The notes under the pieces were generated by a model that was given only the letters and a program-made list of their open reading frames with translations, was not told the DNA's origin and searched no databases. The position numbers and the translations under genes are program-made. 64,000 nt of DNA from Pseudomonadota bacterium (GTDB lineage Bacteria > Desulfobacterota > Desulfobacteria > Desulfobacterales > RPRI01), in the NCBI GenBank assembly GCA_043825875.1, contig JBDRRF010000031.1, positions 32,001-96,000 on the forward strand, read 5' to 3'. Positions within the stretch are counted from its first letter, which is position 1. Every line of letters begins with the position of its first letter. Below are positions 1 through 9,739 of this stretch, in pieces.

Positions 1-678
1 TTACTGATCACGCTGGATGCCCTGATGCTGGAAGCTATTACAACACCGGTAAGCAATATGTTAAACTTAATACTGAAAGTCTTGCCAAGCATTTTTGCAG
101 CGATTTTGATAATTTCCATTTCTTATATAATCGCTAAACTGGTATCAAAATTGGTTAGCAGTTTACTGGCCGGTGCTGGATTTGATAAATTTGCAATTAA
201 TTTGGGAGTTATGAAAGAATCAAAAGAAGATGGTCATAAAGCATCAAATATTGTCGGATACCTAACACTTATTGCTATTTTATTCTTTGCGGTTATTGAA
301 GCATTTGAAGTATTAGGTTTTACACAAATTTCAGAAATTGTCGCAAAATTTACGGTTTTTTCCGGAAATATATTACTGGGCATTATCATCTTTGGACTTG
401 GTCTTTTTCTGGCCAATATCGTTTCCAATAAAATACTGACAAAAGAAACTGCCCAGCTTAAATTAACTTCTTTAATTACCCGCGTGGCTATCTTGTTTAT
501 TGCCGGAGCTATGGCTTTGCAGCAAATGGGAATTGGCTCTGAAATCGTTACTCTTGCTTTTGGATTGATTTTGGGTGCGATTGCAATTGCAGTTGCTGTT
601 GCTTTTGGTATCGGCGGACGTGATATAGCTTCAAAGCATTTACTTGAATGGTCTAATAAACTCGAAACAAAAGAATAA
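1..678 (+). CDS. Mechanosensitive channel MscS/CmpX-like TM-helix repeat membrane protein (5' partial)
   Basis: Frame open from position 1; multiple TM segments; C-terminal AVAFGIGGRDIA motif typical of the TM_helix/CmpX family. Confidence 0.75.
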   Translation, partial: LLITLDALMLEAITTPVSNMLNLILKVLPSIFAAILIISISYIIAKLVSKLVSSLLAGAGFDKFAINLGVMKESKEDGHKASNIVGYLTLIAILFFAVIEAFEVLGFTQISEIVAKFTVFSGNILLGIIIFGLGLFLANIVSNKILTKETAQLKLTSLITRVAILFIAGAMALQQMGIGSEIVTLAFGLILGAIAIAVAVAFGIGGRDIASKHLLEWSNKLETKE

Positions 679-698
679 TATTTTCTGATAACCCAATG

Positions 699-747
699 CA
701 AATAAAAGAATCCGGTAAGTTTAATTACTGCCGGATTCTTTTATTTG
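699..747. terminator. Rho-independent (probably bidirectional) terminator
   Basis: 17-bp inverted repeat CAAATAAAAGAATCCGG...CCGGATTCTTTTATTTG just after the stop at 678; A- and T-rich arms. Confidence 0.75.
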
Positions 748-869
748 ACTCTTTATTGAATTTATATATGACAAATGCCATAGTAATGATTATTGTTAAT
801 ACATTCTCATGCACCGATATTAAATTTCAATTACAGTCTTACGAATACTATATAATTTAAAAGGTCTTC

Positions 870-1730
870 ATGATTAATATTATTAAATGGCTTCTTGAAG
901 TTGAGAATCTGGCAAATAAAATTTATCTGCAAGCCGCAAAAATTTATGCCCATGATCCAACATTTAAAATGTTTCTTGAGAGCGCCGCTGAAGATGAAGC
1001 ATGGCATTACCATATCTTGAAAAGTGCGGAAAAATATTTAGTATCAAAACCGGCTCCAAGTCCGGCTATTTCAATTGATAAAGTAACCCGTGATAAAATT
1101 GCTAAATACTTTACCGATCTGCAAAATGGTTTAGAAAATAATTCACTCTCAAGAGATGAACTAATCGAAAAGATCGTTGAGGGAGAACTTTCCGAATGGA
1201 ATAACGTCTTTCTCTACGTTATTAATGTGCTGAAAGAACATGTTGGTGAGTTCAAATATTGTGCAGCAAGAATCCAAGCCCACATAAAAAAAATTGAATA
1301 CTTTTTGGAAACGATAGAAAATCGCCCTGAAGCATTAAAAAAATTAACTGGCTTACCTTCTGTATGGGTTGAAAATATCTTAATTGTAGATGATGATCAA
1401 TTGATTACAGAGCTTTTACAAGCTATCCTGAACCGCTCAGGCAAAATTGATATTGCTCATAATGGCCAAGAAGCACTCAAGCTGATGGATGAAAAATTTT
1501 ATAAATTAATAATATCTGACGTTGATATGCCTGTAATGAATGGGATCTCCTTTTTCAAAGAAGCCGTGGCAAAATTTCCTAAACTAAAAAACCGGTTTCT
1601 TTTTATAACCGGTTATGTTTCTCCACAAAATCAGTCTTTTTTTAATGAATACAATTTAAAATATTTAGCGAAACCAATGAGAATAAATGCGTTAAGAGAA
1701 AAAGCCTCAAAGATAATTCTTTCTTCGTAA
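870..1730 (+). CDS. Rubrerythrin/ferritin-like domain fused to C-terminal response-regulator receiver
   Basis: N-term E..A..IY and EDEAWH diiron-type motif; C-term ILIVDDD...ISDVDMPVMNG...FITG...LAKP. Confidence 0.75.
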   Translation: MINIIKWLLEVENLANKIYLQAAKIYAHDPTFKMFLESAAEDEAWHYHILKSAEKYLVSKPAPSPAISIDKVTRDKIAKYFTDLQNGLENNSLSRDELIEKIVEGELSEWNNVFLYVINVLKEHVGEFKYCAARIQAHIKKIEYFLETIENRPEALKKLTGLPSVWVENILIVDDDQLITELLQAILNRSGKIDIAHNGQEALKLMDEKFYKLIISDVDMPVMNGISFFKEAVAKFPKLKNRFLFITGYVSPQNQSFFNEYNLKYLAKPMRINALREKASKIILSS

Positions 1731-1761
1731 ACTATTTGAAATAAATAAGCCCGGAGGTTTT

Positions 1762-2556
1762 ATGGATTGGAGCGATGAAGCAAAGGAGGCTGTTTCACGA
1801 ATACCTTTTTTTGTGAGAAAAAAAGTAAGAAAGAAAGTGGAAGAAGAAGCAACAGAATACGGTGCTGCTTTGGTGACAATAGAACATGTACGTTCATGCC
1901 AGAATAAATTTCTTAACAAAATGGAAGATGAACTCAAAGGGTATCAGTTAGAAACATGCTTTGGCATGGGAAACTGTCCGCATTGCGTTATATCTTCTGA
2001 AATAATTATTAAAAAGCTGGAAGAGACCTTAAAGAAAAGAGACCTGAAGTCTTTTTTAAAAAAAAGGACTGGCGGGTCACTGAAAATGCACCATGAACTT
2101 AGAGTTTCCATTTCAGATTGCCCAAGTTCATGTTCGCGTCCCCAGATTGCTGACATCGGGCTTATCGGTGCCTGTATTCCAAAAATAACGGATGCCGATT
2201 GTAATTTGTGCGAAACTTGTATAGAAACCTGTAAAGAGGGTGCAATTTCCTTATATAATGACAGGCCGGTAATAGATGAAAAAAAGTGCCTTTACTGCGG
2301 GCAATGCATAGATGTATGTCCAAACGGCGTGCTTGAAAAAGGCAAAACAGGATACAGAATTCAACTTGGAGGAAAACTGGGAAGACATCCGAGACTTGCC
2401 GAAGAATTGACTGGAATCTTTGAACCTGATGATACAGTAAGGATAGTAAAAAGATGTTTAGACTACTATCAGATGCATAACAAACAAGGAGAACGCTTAG
2501 GTGTGATTCTGGAAATAAACGGTTTAAATGAATTGAAGAGTTTTATAAAAAATTAA
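1762..2556 (+). CDS. PCP-reductase-like N-terminal domain + nitrite/sulfite reductase 4Fe-4S domain with inserted 2x[4Fe-4S] ferredoxin
   Basis: WSDEAKEAVSRIPFFVRKKVR; CFGMGNC and DCPSSCSRPQIADIG; CNLCETCIETC and CLYCGQCIDVC; LGGKLGRHP; GER. Confidence 0.75.
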   Translation: MDWSDEAKEAVSRIPFFVRKKVRKKVEEEATEYGAALVTIEHVRSCQNKFLNKMEDELKGYQLETCFGMGNCPHCVISSEIIIKKLEETLKKRDLKSFLKKRTGGSLKMHHELRVSISDCPSSCSRPQIADIGLIGACIPKITDADCNLCETCIETCKEGAISLYNDRPVIDEKKCLYCGQCIDVCPNGVLEKGKTGYRIQLGGKLGRHPRLAEELTGIFEPDDTVRIVKRCLDYYQMHNKQGERLGVILEINGLNELKSFIKN

Positions 2557-2564
2557 AGGAGAGT

Positions 2565-4118
2565 ATGACAAGAAATTTCCGGAATGATCTGTTAGATCCG
2601 AATCATTTTGTTATAACAATGGAGCTTGTTCCAAAAGCCGAATCAACAGGAAGGTCGATTAACACGATACTGGAATTTTCCAAACAGGCTTTAATCGACG
2701 GGAGATTATCGGCAGTAAGCATTACAGATAATCCGGGAGGAAACCCTTCGCTTAGTCCTGACGTGCTTGGCAAAGAAGTCCTTGATAGCGGCATAGATGT
2801 TATAGTGCATGTTACATGCAGAGACATGAACAGAATGGGAATTGAAAGCCGGGCATTACAATTGCGCCGGATGGGCATGAAAAACGTATTGGCGCTTACC
2901 GGTGACTATTCGGGAAAAGGCTTCGGAGGCCAGGGTGCGCCGGTCTTTGATCTTGATTCTGCAAGCCTACTTTGTTTCTTTAACCTGATGAACAACAAGG
3001 CAGCAGTGAACGATCATTTTTTTAAAGGATGCGCCGTCTCGCCTTTCAAATGGACAGAACCCGAATGCTATGCACAATACTATAAACTTAAAAAGAAAAT
3101 ATCCTCAGGCGCAGATTATATAATTACTCAACTTGGATATGACGTACGAAAGTACTATGAGCTTATCCGGTTTTTAAAAATAAATGATTTAAAAATTCCG
3201 GCATTGGCCTCTGTCTACTTATTAACCCCGCGTGTTGCCCGTGTAATGAATTCAGGCAGAGTCCCAGGTGCAGTTGTTAGCAAAGAGCTTTATGCCAAGA
3301 TTTTAGAAGAGTGGAAATCCGACAAAAGTGCAGGTTATTTTGCTTCTGTTGAACGTGCTGCAAAACTTGCTGCTATTTGTAAAGGACTGGGATATCGGGG
3401 TATACACATTGGTGGAGTACATCGCAGTTTTAAGACGGTTAAAAGAATTCTTGATCGTATGGCCGAAATTGAACACAATTGGCAGGATTTTTTAAATGAG
3501 TTTGATTACTCGCAGCCGGATCATTTCTATATGTTTCAAAAAGACGATCCATCAGCACTATCATCGGATATTTTAACCCCTAAAAAAAGTAAAGCCGGTT
3601 TATTGCAAAAATTGCATTTTGAATTTCTCCATTATATGCATAACAGTTTTTTTACTGTCAATGCTCCGTTTGCAGGGATTTATAAAAAAATTTCGAGACA
3701 ATTGTATCAAAATCATGGGACCGGATATCATCTCGTAAAGTTTTTTGAAGATGTAACAAAAAAAATTCTGCTTAATTGCCGGCAATGCGGCGATTGCGGT
3801 ATTGAATATCCTGGTTTTTTATGTCCGGAATCCAGGTGCCCTAAACACATACGAAACGGAGCCTGCGGTGGAAGCAGACAAGGCAGATGCGAAGTATATC
3901 CCGACAGATATTGTGTATGGTATCTTGCTTATCAAAGACTTGCCCTGATAGGAAAGACAGAAAACATGACTACGGTTTGCGCTCCTCCACGCATGTGGGA
4001 GTTAAACAATACTTCTTCATGGATTAATTTTCATCTTGGAAGAGATCACCATACCAAGCTATGTTCTATAGCAGGTGACTGTAATACCGGGCTTTGCTCA
4101 CACAAAAAGCAAAGTTAA
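2565..4118 (+). CDS. metF: Methylenetetrahydrofolate reductase with fused Cys-rich MetV-like C-terminal domain
   Basis: SITDNPGG, HVTCRDMNR, LALTGDY, YIITQLGYD; C-term CRQCGDC...CPESRCPK..RNGACGGS..GRCEVYPDRYCVW. Confidence 0.8.
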   Translation: MTRNFRNDLLDPNHFVITMELVPKAESTGRSINTILEFSKQALIDGRLSAVSITDNPGGNPSLSPDVLGKEVLDSGIDVIVHVTCRDMNRMGIESRALQLRRMGMKNVLALTGDYSGKGFGGQGAPVFDLDSASLLCFFNLMNNKAAVNDHFFKGCAVSPFKWTEPECYAQYYKLKKKISSGADYIITQLGYDVRKYYELIRFLKINDLKIPALASVYLLTPRVARVMNSGRVPGAVVSKELYAKILEEWKSDKSAGYFASVERAAKLAAICKGLGYRGIHIGGVHRSFKTVKRILDRMAEIEHNWQDFLNEFDYSQPDHFYMFQKDDPSALSSDILTPKKSKAGLLQKLHFEFLHYMHNSFFTVNAPFAGIYKKISRQLYQNHGTGYHLVKFFEDVTKKILLNCRQCGDCGIEYPGFLCPESRCPKHIRNGACGGSRQGRCEVYPDRYCVWYLAYQRLALIGKTENMTTVCAPPRMWELNNTSSWINFHLGRDHHTKLCSIAGDCNTGLCSHKKQS

Positions 4119-4140
4119 AATAGATATGGGAAATAGATAA

Positions 4141-4875
4141 ATGGATGAACTCAAATCGCTCAAACAAATTTCAAAATTTATCTCATATATACTTGAACGT
4201 AAACCGGACGAGTTCGGTCTTGTGCCGGATGAAAATGGATATATAAAAATAAAATCTTTGCTTTTTGCAATAAATGAAGAAGAAGGTTTTAAATTTGTAA
4301 GGCGGCATCATATTTATGATATTTTGTCTTTTCTGCCTGAATCTCAACTTGAAATAAATGATGACAAGATACGCTCAAAATACCGTGATAATCTGCCGAA
4401 ACAATCCATTTCCGATACACCACCGAAGCTTCTTTATACCTGTATTAGAAAAAAAGCTCATAGTTTTACTCTGGAAAAAGGAATTTTTCCCGTCGGCAAT
4501 AACAAGGTAGTTTTATCTCCTGTAAAAGAAATGGCACTAAGAATTGGAAAACGTTTTAATCAATCACCTGTTGTTCTGACGGTAAATACACAAAAAGCTT
4601 TAGAAACCAATGTAATTTTTTACAATTCAGGAGATCTGTATTTCGCAGAAACTATTCCTCCAGACTGCTTTACAGCACCACCACTTCCGAAACAAAAAGA
4701 AGAACCCGCACATGCCAAAAAACAAAAGGAAATTACCCCAAAGCATATGCCCGGCAGTTATATTTTAAACATTGAAATTGCTGAAGAGGAAAAAAAGAGA
4801 ACAAAGCTGCAAAGAAAGAAAAAAGAAATCAGCTGGAAAAAAGAAAGAAAGCGCATGAGCAGAGTTAAAATTTAA
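4141..4875 (+). CDS. kptA: RNA 2'-phosphotransferase (Tpt1/KptA)-like protein, divergent active site
   Basis: ISKFISYIL..KPDEFGLVPDENGY; PPKLLY; MALRIGKR...PVVLTV; FYNSGDLYFAETIPP; basic C-tail. Confidence 0.7.
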   Translation: MDELKSLKQISKFISYILERKPDEFGLVPDENGYIKIKSLLFAINEEEGFKFVRRHHIYDILSFLPESQLEINDDKIRSKYRDNLPKQSISDTPPKLLYTCIRKKAHSFTLEKGIFPVGNNKVVLSPVKEMALRIGKRFNQSPVVLTVNTQKALETNVIFYNSGDLYFAETIPPDCFTAPPLPKQKEEPAHAKKQKEITPKHMPGSYILNIEIAEEEKKRTKLQRKKKEISWKKERKRMSRVKI

Positions 4876-4938
4876 GTCCTTTCCGGCAGGCCCTCTAAGC
4901 AACTGTTGCAACATTTTGCAAATGCAGTCATAAAAAAA

Positions 4939-4967
4939 TTGACAAGCTATATCAAAGCAGGTATGAG
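4939..4967 (+). promoter_or_regulatory. Possible sigma70 promoter for the tRNA
   Basis: Perfect TTGACA, 17-nt spacer, weak -10 TATGAG, about 55 nt upstream of the tRNA. Confidence 0.4.
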
Positions 4968-5023
4968 CATACCAGTTTCATCTGTTTTTCCAAGAAAGTT
5001 TATTTCTTAAAAAACTGAAAGCA

Positions 5024-5100
5024 GGGCCGTTAGCTCAACTAGGCAGAGCACCTGACTCTTAATCAGTAGGTTATTGGTTCGATTCCAATACGGCCCACCA
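5024..5100 (+). tRNA. tRNA-Lys (anticodon CTT)
   Basis: GGGCCGT/ACGGCCC acceptor stem, TAGCTCA D arm, anticodon loop CT-CTT-AA, GGTTCGATTCC T arm, encoded CCA. Confidence 0.96.
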
Positions 5101-5159
5101 ATTAAAATCAACACTAAAGTTATCTCCTCAATATTCTGCAAGAACTTTTTAAAAGTTTT

Positions 5160-7316
5160 TCATTTGCAAAGTTCATACTTGACGGCAACCCCCATTTCTT
5201 TGATGGTATATGGTTTCTTTATATACGTGCCTGCACCCAACTCCTGGGTAGCCTTAACCCTGTGTGTTTCTGAAAATCCGCTAACTATAATTGCTTTTTG
5301 TCCCGGATTTATTTCCGAAATTTTCTGATATGTAACCAGCCCGTCAATTCCAGGCTCCATAATCATGTCTAAAATCAGCAAATCGGCTTTGTTATCTTTC
5401 AGATATTCAACAGCTTTTTCACCACTTGAAACAGAATTTACTGAATAACCAAGTTTAGTTAATATTTCAGTAGCGATTTCAAGCTGTTGTTTCACATCAT
5501 CCACAATCAAAATCGACTCCCCTTTTCCCATATAATCTTCAATGAAATTATTAGAAATGTTTTCTGTGAATGATTCGCGTGTCATTGGTAAGTATAGCGT
5601 AATTGTGGTTCCTTTTCCAACTATGCTTTGAACATCGATATACCCTTTATGGTCAATAACGGTTCCCCATACTACCGCCATACCAAGGCCTGTTCCACTC
5701 CTTCCCATTTTCTTTTTTGTGTAAAATGGTTCAAATATTTTTTCTATGTGTTCCTCAGGAATTCCTATTCCATCATCGCTGACCTTTAAAACAGCATAGT
5801 CTCCTTCGTTAACAATATCAAAACGTTTGATTGGTCTGTCTATATATTGATTATCAACTGATATTGTAATTGTCCCTCTATGGTCTATTGCTTCGGCGGC
5901 ATTTGATACCAAATTCATTATGGTTTTTGACAGATGAACAGGTGAGCCCATAATATTGAACAAATCAGGCTTATGAAAAGTTTTAATTTCAATATCAGGA
6001 TAGAATAATTTTAGTTTCTTATACTCGGCGCTATCCAGATAGTCTTTTACAATATCATTAAGATTTACTATCTCATTTACTACAACGCCTCTGCGTGCCA
6101 AAGTCAACAAATCCTGAACTATAGCAGCCGCTTTCTCTCCGGATTGTTGAATGGTTATTATCTGTTTTCTTAGTGGGCTTTCTTCTTCAAGGTCCAATAA
6201 TATCAGCTCAGGATAATTTATAATAGCACTTAAAATATTGTTGAGATCATGTGCAACACCACCGGCCAGTATACCAATGGCTTCTATCTTCTCCGAACGC
6301 CGTAATTGCAATAACAATTTCTCTTTTTCCTCAAGCGCCTTATTGCGGAACGTTATATCTCTGTCGAAAGTCAGAACATACTTTTTATTTCCAAGTTCAA
6401 GCATGCTGGAATTGCTTTCAACCGTAAACAGGCTGCCATCTTTCCGATAATGTTGAACTTCTACATCAATCCGGTTACCTTTAAACAGGCATTGAGTTAT
6501 ATTAGGTATTTTATTTGCGGTATCAGGGGTGTTTAAATCTATTATGTTTAATTTTAAAAGTTGATCAACAGTATAACCGTGCATAATAGCCGCAGCTCTG
6601 TTTGCAGCAACAATTTTACCGGGATTTTTGCCTTCGGCTTCAATTAAAAAAATTGCTTCAGCAGCATTTTCGAATAGCATTCGATAACGTTTCTCGCTAT
6701 CTTTAAGCTCTTTTTCAATAACTTTTCTCTCTTCCATTTCCGCCAGTAGTCGTTTGTTCGTTTGCAATAGTGCTTGAGTTTTATCTATGATTCTATTTTC
6801 CAAAGTTTTACGGGTTTCTATAAGTTCACGCTCAACTTGCCATTTGGAACAAAGAGCAAATGCAAACTGGCAAATTTCCTGTGAGGAAAAAGGTTTTTGA
6901 ATAAAAAGCAGCTTATGGTCAGGCGGAATGAGCTGAACAATATTTTGGGGCAAACTGTTGGTATCTGCCGTAACAATTACGATCTCAATATCAGGATCCA
7001 ATACCCTGATCTGCTGGGCTGTTGAAATGCCATCTATACCCGGCGGCATTCGAATATCAAGAAATGCTAAAGCGAAAGGAAGCTTTTCTTCAAGAGATTT
7101 TTTTACAGCCTCAACAGCTTCATCTCCCTGGCGGCAAGTTATTAGATCGAATAATTTTATTGTGTTGTTTGGAGTGTTTCCTACGGAAAGACTATCCCCT
7201 GCTGTTTCTGCCTTTGAAGAAAGAAATTCACTTATTTCATCGGAAGACAATATCTGTCTGTATAACTCCAATGTATATAGTTCATCGTCTGCTGCAAGTA
7301 TTTTAAAGGTTTTCAT
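5160..7316 (-). CDS. Hybrid sensor histidine kinase (REC-PAS-HisKA-HATPase-REC)
   Basis: ILAADD/LDIRMPPGIDG receiver; PAS; GVAHDLNN H-box; NLVSNA, DDGIG, FYTKK, GTGLG; C-term LDMIMEPG. ATG 7316 has a GGGAG RBS. Confidence 0.9.
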   Translation of the reverse strand: MKTFKILAADDELYTLELYRQILSSDEISEFLSSKAETAGDSLSVGNTPNNTIKLFDLITCRQGDEAVEAVKKSLEEKLPFALAFLDIRMPPGIDGISTAQQIRVLDPDIEIVIVTADTNSLPQNIVQLIPPDHKLLFIQKPFSSQEICQFAFALCSKWQVERELIETRKTLENRIIDKTQALLQTNKRLLAEMEERKVIEKELKDSEKRYRMLFENAAEAIFLIEAEGKNPGKIVAANRAAAIMHGYTVDQLLKLNIIDLNTPDTANKIPNITQCLFKGNRIDVEVQHYRKDGSLFTVESNSSMLELGNKKYVLTFDRDITFRNKALEEKEKLLLQLRRSEKIEAIGILAGGVAHDLNNILSAIINYPELILLDLEEESPLRKQIITIQQSGEKAAAIVQDLLTLARRGVVVNEIVNLNDIVKDYLDSAEYKKLKLFYPDIEIKTFHKPDLFNIMGSPVHLSKTIMNLVSNAAEAIDHRGTITISVDNQYIDRPIKRFDIVNEGDYAVLKVSDDGIGIPEEHIEKIFEPFYTKKKMGRSGTGLGMAVVWGTVIDHKGYIDVQSIVGKGTTITLYLPMTRESFTENISNNFIEDYMGKGESILIVDDVKQQLEIATEILTKLGYSVNSVSSGEKAVEYLKDNKADLLILDMIMEPGIDGLVTYQKISEINPGQKAIIVSGFSETHRVKATQELGAGTYIKKPYTIKEMGVAVKYELCK

Positions 7317-7978
7317 GTTATGCTCCCATGCAATCTTTATTGAAAGATATTTATATAACAAAAAAAAACTTTAAGACAAATAAATCCTTTTCAAAAAAAA
7401 TGGCATTCAAAGTTGAACTCTTTTTTATCAATTTGTATTTTTTAATAAAAGAATCAGTTAATCTTTTTATGGTACATAAAAAAACAATAAATATTTTCTA
7501 CAAATAAAATCAGAAGGAAATAGTCATACAATCTTTCAAATAATCCACAAGAAAATATTGACTATTTTGTTTTATAATTGTAGTCAATTTCAAGTCATTC
7601 TCACATCTAATTTTTTATAGTTATTCAATATGATACAAGAAAACTATTTACTTCAAGCACTTAATTGGTCAAAAAAACTCAACAAAAATGGGGAAAAGCT
7701 GGTGGGCTCAAAAACCCGGCGTGTGCACAAAACTTTTTTATTCCGTATTTGCTGATTTTCAAAGAGGCGGATAAATTCTATCACAAAATATTTGTTACAT
7801 ACTCTATGCGGGCTGGATAGCAGGAAAATTCTGATCTGTCCTGAGTTTATCCTGACTGCATCAGTAATAATATTTAAACCTTGTTTTATATTAAACTCTG
7901 ACTAAAAGAAAGGAGGTAACTAAAATTTAGAGTGAATGACAGTTTTTGATCTTTTAACATATTAGGGGAGGAAAGAAT

Positions 7979-9664
7979 ATGAAGAATAAGAGTATGTTTT
8001 TTATGGTGATTGTTACGATTGCAGCAGCTCTTTTCCTTAACTATGCTACCGAGGTAATAGCTGGTGAAAGCTTATTGGGGGATAAGGTAAGTATAACCGG
8101 ATTTATCGAGAACCAGACAGCCCTTCGCCTGGAAAACGGGGTAAATGATGATTACCAGCTTTCCAGAATGCGAAACACTTTACAGGTGGAAGGTGCAGTA
8201 AATATCACTGACTGGCTGAAGTTTAATACAATTGCAAGAGGATATTTCGATGCCGTTTATGAACTGGATCATACTATAAATGATTCGCCCAAACACAGGG
8301 CCAAGGTTCCTGAAGGACGCCACAATGAGTCATTATATGGCGACCGGAATATGGAGCAGGAAGTTGATTTGCGTGAATATTATTTTCGTGCTTTTTTCAA
8401 AAACTCTACTCTTAAAATAGGTAGGCAGCAGATAGTATGGGGGGAAGCGGATCTTTTCAGAATGTCTGATATCATTAATCCTCTGGATTTAAGCGCCGGA
8501 GGAACTTTTGTGCAGGATCTTGAAAATGTTAGGGTTCCCTTAAGAGCAATTGATTTTGTTCATGAGGTTCCCAACCAGCATGGTTTCAAGATTGAACTTG
8601 TTGCTATTCCCGAAGATTTCAGGCCAAACACTCTGTCTGCTCCGGGGGGAAACTGGGATCCTTTTTATGCTACCACACCTGACATAAATCTTGCAACATT
8701 TGCGCCTGCAGCCTGGCCACCGCCACCTCTAATTTTAGCGCCTCTTAATATAAATTGGAATAGGCAAGACATTGCCAATGCTCTAATCCAGGGCATGGAA
8801 CGTGACTTGAATGATTTTCAGGATGACAGCCATTTTCAAGGCGGTGCCAGACTGAGGGCAAGGTTTGGAGATTGGGACGGTTCAATGTTTTACTATTATT
8901 CGCGTGCTCAGGATGCGGTAATGACTCTTGATCGTAATGCCGAGGCTTTGGTGGAAGTAGCCACTAACTCGGCTCATCCCGCTTATAATCCTACTCTTAT
9001 ACACGGAATTGCGGCTATAGGGCCTTCTTTTGTCGGATCATCTCTTCATTTTTACTGGCCGAAAGTTCAGAATATCGGAATAACATTTAATGTCCCGGAA
9101 TCTCTAACCGATTCAATAATCAGGTTTGAATCCGCTTACACAATTGATCAGCCTTTTACAGTGGATTCACCAAATCAATGGGTTATCGGAATGCAAAGCA
9201 TGCTTGATCCATCGGGTTTATTAATATTTCCTGACACAGAATATACGGAAAAAGATGTTTTTGCATATATGATCGGCTTTGATCGCCCCACATTTATATC
9301 AGCCTTAAATCGTGACAAAACATTTTTTATTTCCGGGCAGTTATATCAAAAATTCGTAATTAATGCGGCGGACGGAATGAAAACCGGTTTGGGCCGGGAG
9401 GGCTACAGCAAACAGCAGACAATGGTTACACTGCTTATAAACAGTGAATATTTTGACGGAAGAATCACACCGGAAGTGCTCGGGGCTTATGATTTCAGCG
9501 CAAAAGCCGGGCTGACAAGAGCCACACTTACCTATAGTCCGACTTACAGGGCAAGCATAGCCTTAGGAGGAATATGGCTATATGCAAGAGAAAATACCGC
9601 GGCAATGGTCGGTCCCTTTCAGCGTGATGACGAAATTTTTCTTCATCTCAAATACACATTTTAA
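7979..9664 (+). CDS. DUF1302-family outer-membrane beta-barrel protein
   Basis: Signal peptide; LREYY...LKIGRQQIVWGEAD...DIINPLD motif; C-terminal LKYTF barrel signal. Confidence 0.8.
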   Translation: MKNKSMFFMVIVTIAAALFLNYATEVIAGESLLGDKVSITGFIENQTALRLENGVNDDYQLSRMRNTLQVEGAVNITDWLKFNTIARGYFDAVYELDHTINDSPKHRAKVPEGRHNESLYGDRNMEQEVDLREYYFRAFFKNSTLKIGRQQIVWGEADLFRMSDIINPLDLSAGGTFVQDLENVRVPLRAIDFVHEVPNQHGFKIELVAIPEDFRPNTLSAPGGNWDPFYATTPDINLATFAPAAWPPPPLILAPLNINWNRQDIANALIQGMERDLNDFQDDSHFQGGARLRARFGDWDGSMFYYYSRAQDAVMTLDRNAEALVEVATNSAHPAYNPTLIHGIAAIGPSFVGSSLHFYWPKVQNIGITFNVPESLTDSIIRFESAYTIDQPFTVDSPNQWVIGMQSMLDPSGLLIFPDTEYTEKDVFAYMIGFDRPTFISALNRDKTFFISGQLYQKFVINAADGMKTGLGREGYSKQQTMVTLLINSEYFDGRITPEVLGAYDFSAKAGLTRATLTYSPTYRASIALGGIWLYARENTAAMVGPFQRDDEIFLHLKYTF

Positions 9665-9739
9665 TGATCAACTGCTATTTGTTTGAGGCTTATGGGTTAA
9701 GTATTAATTAGGCTTTATAAGAATTTACGGAGGTAGGAT

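Noticed and set aside
5074..5328. 84-aa ORF starting inside the tRNA
   Set aside because: Overlaps the tRNA and is antisense to the kinase; spurious
7807..7860. Imperfect hairpin in the DUF1302 leader as a riboswitch
   Set aside because: No recognisable aptamer consensus; pairing is weak
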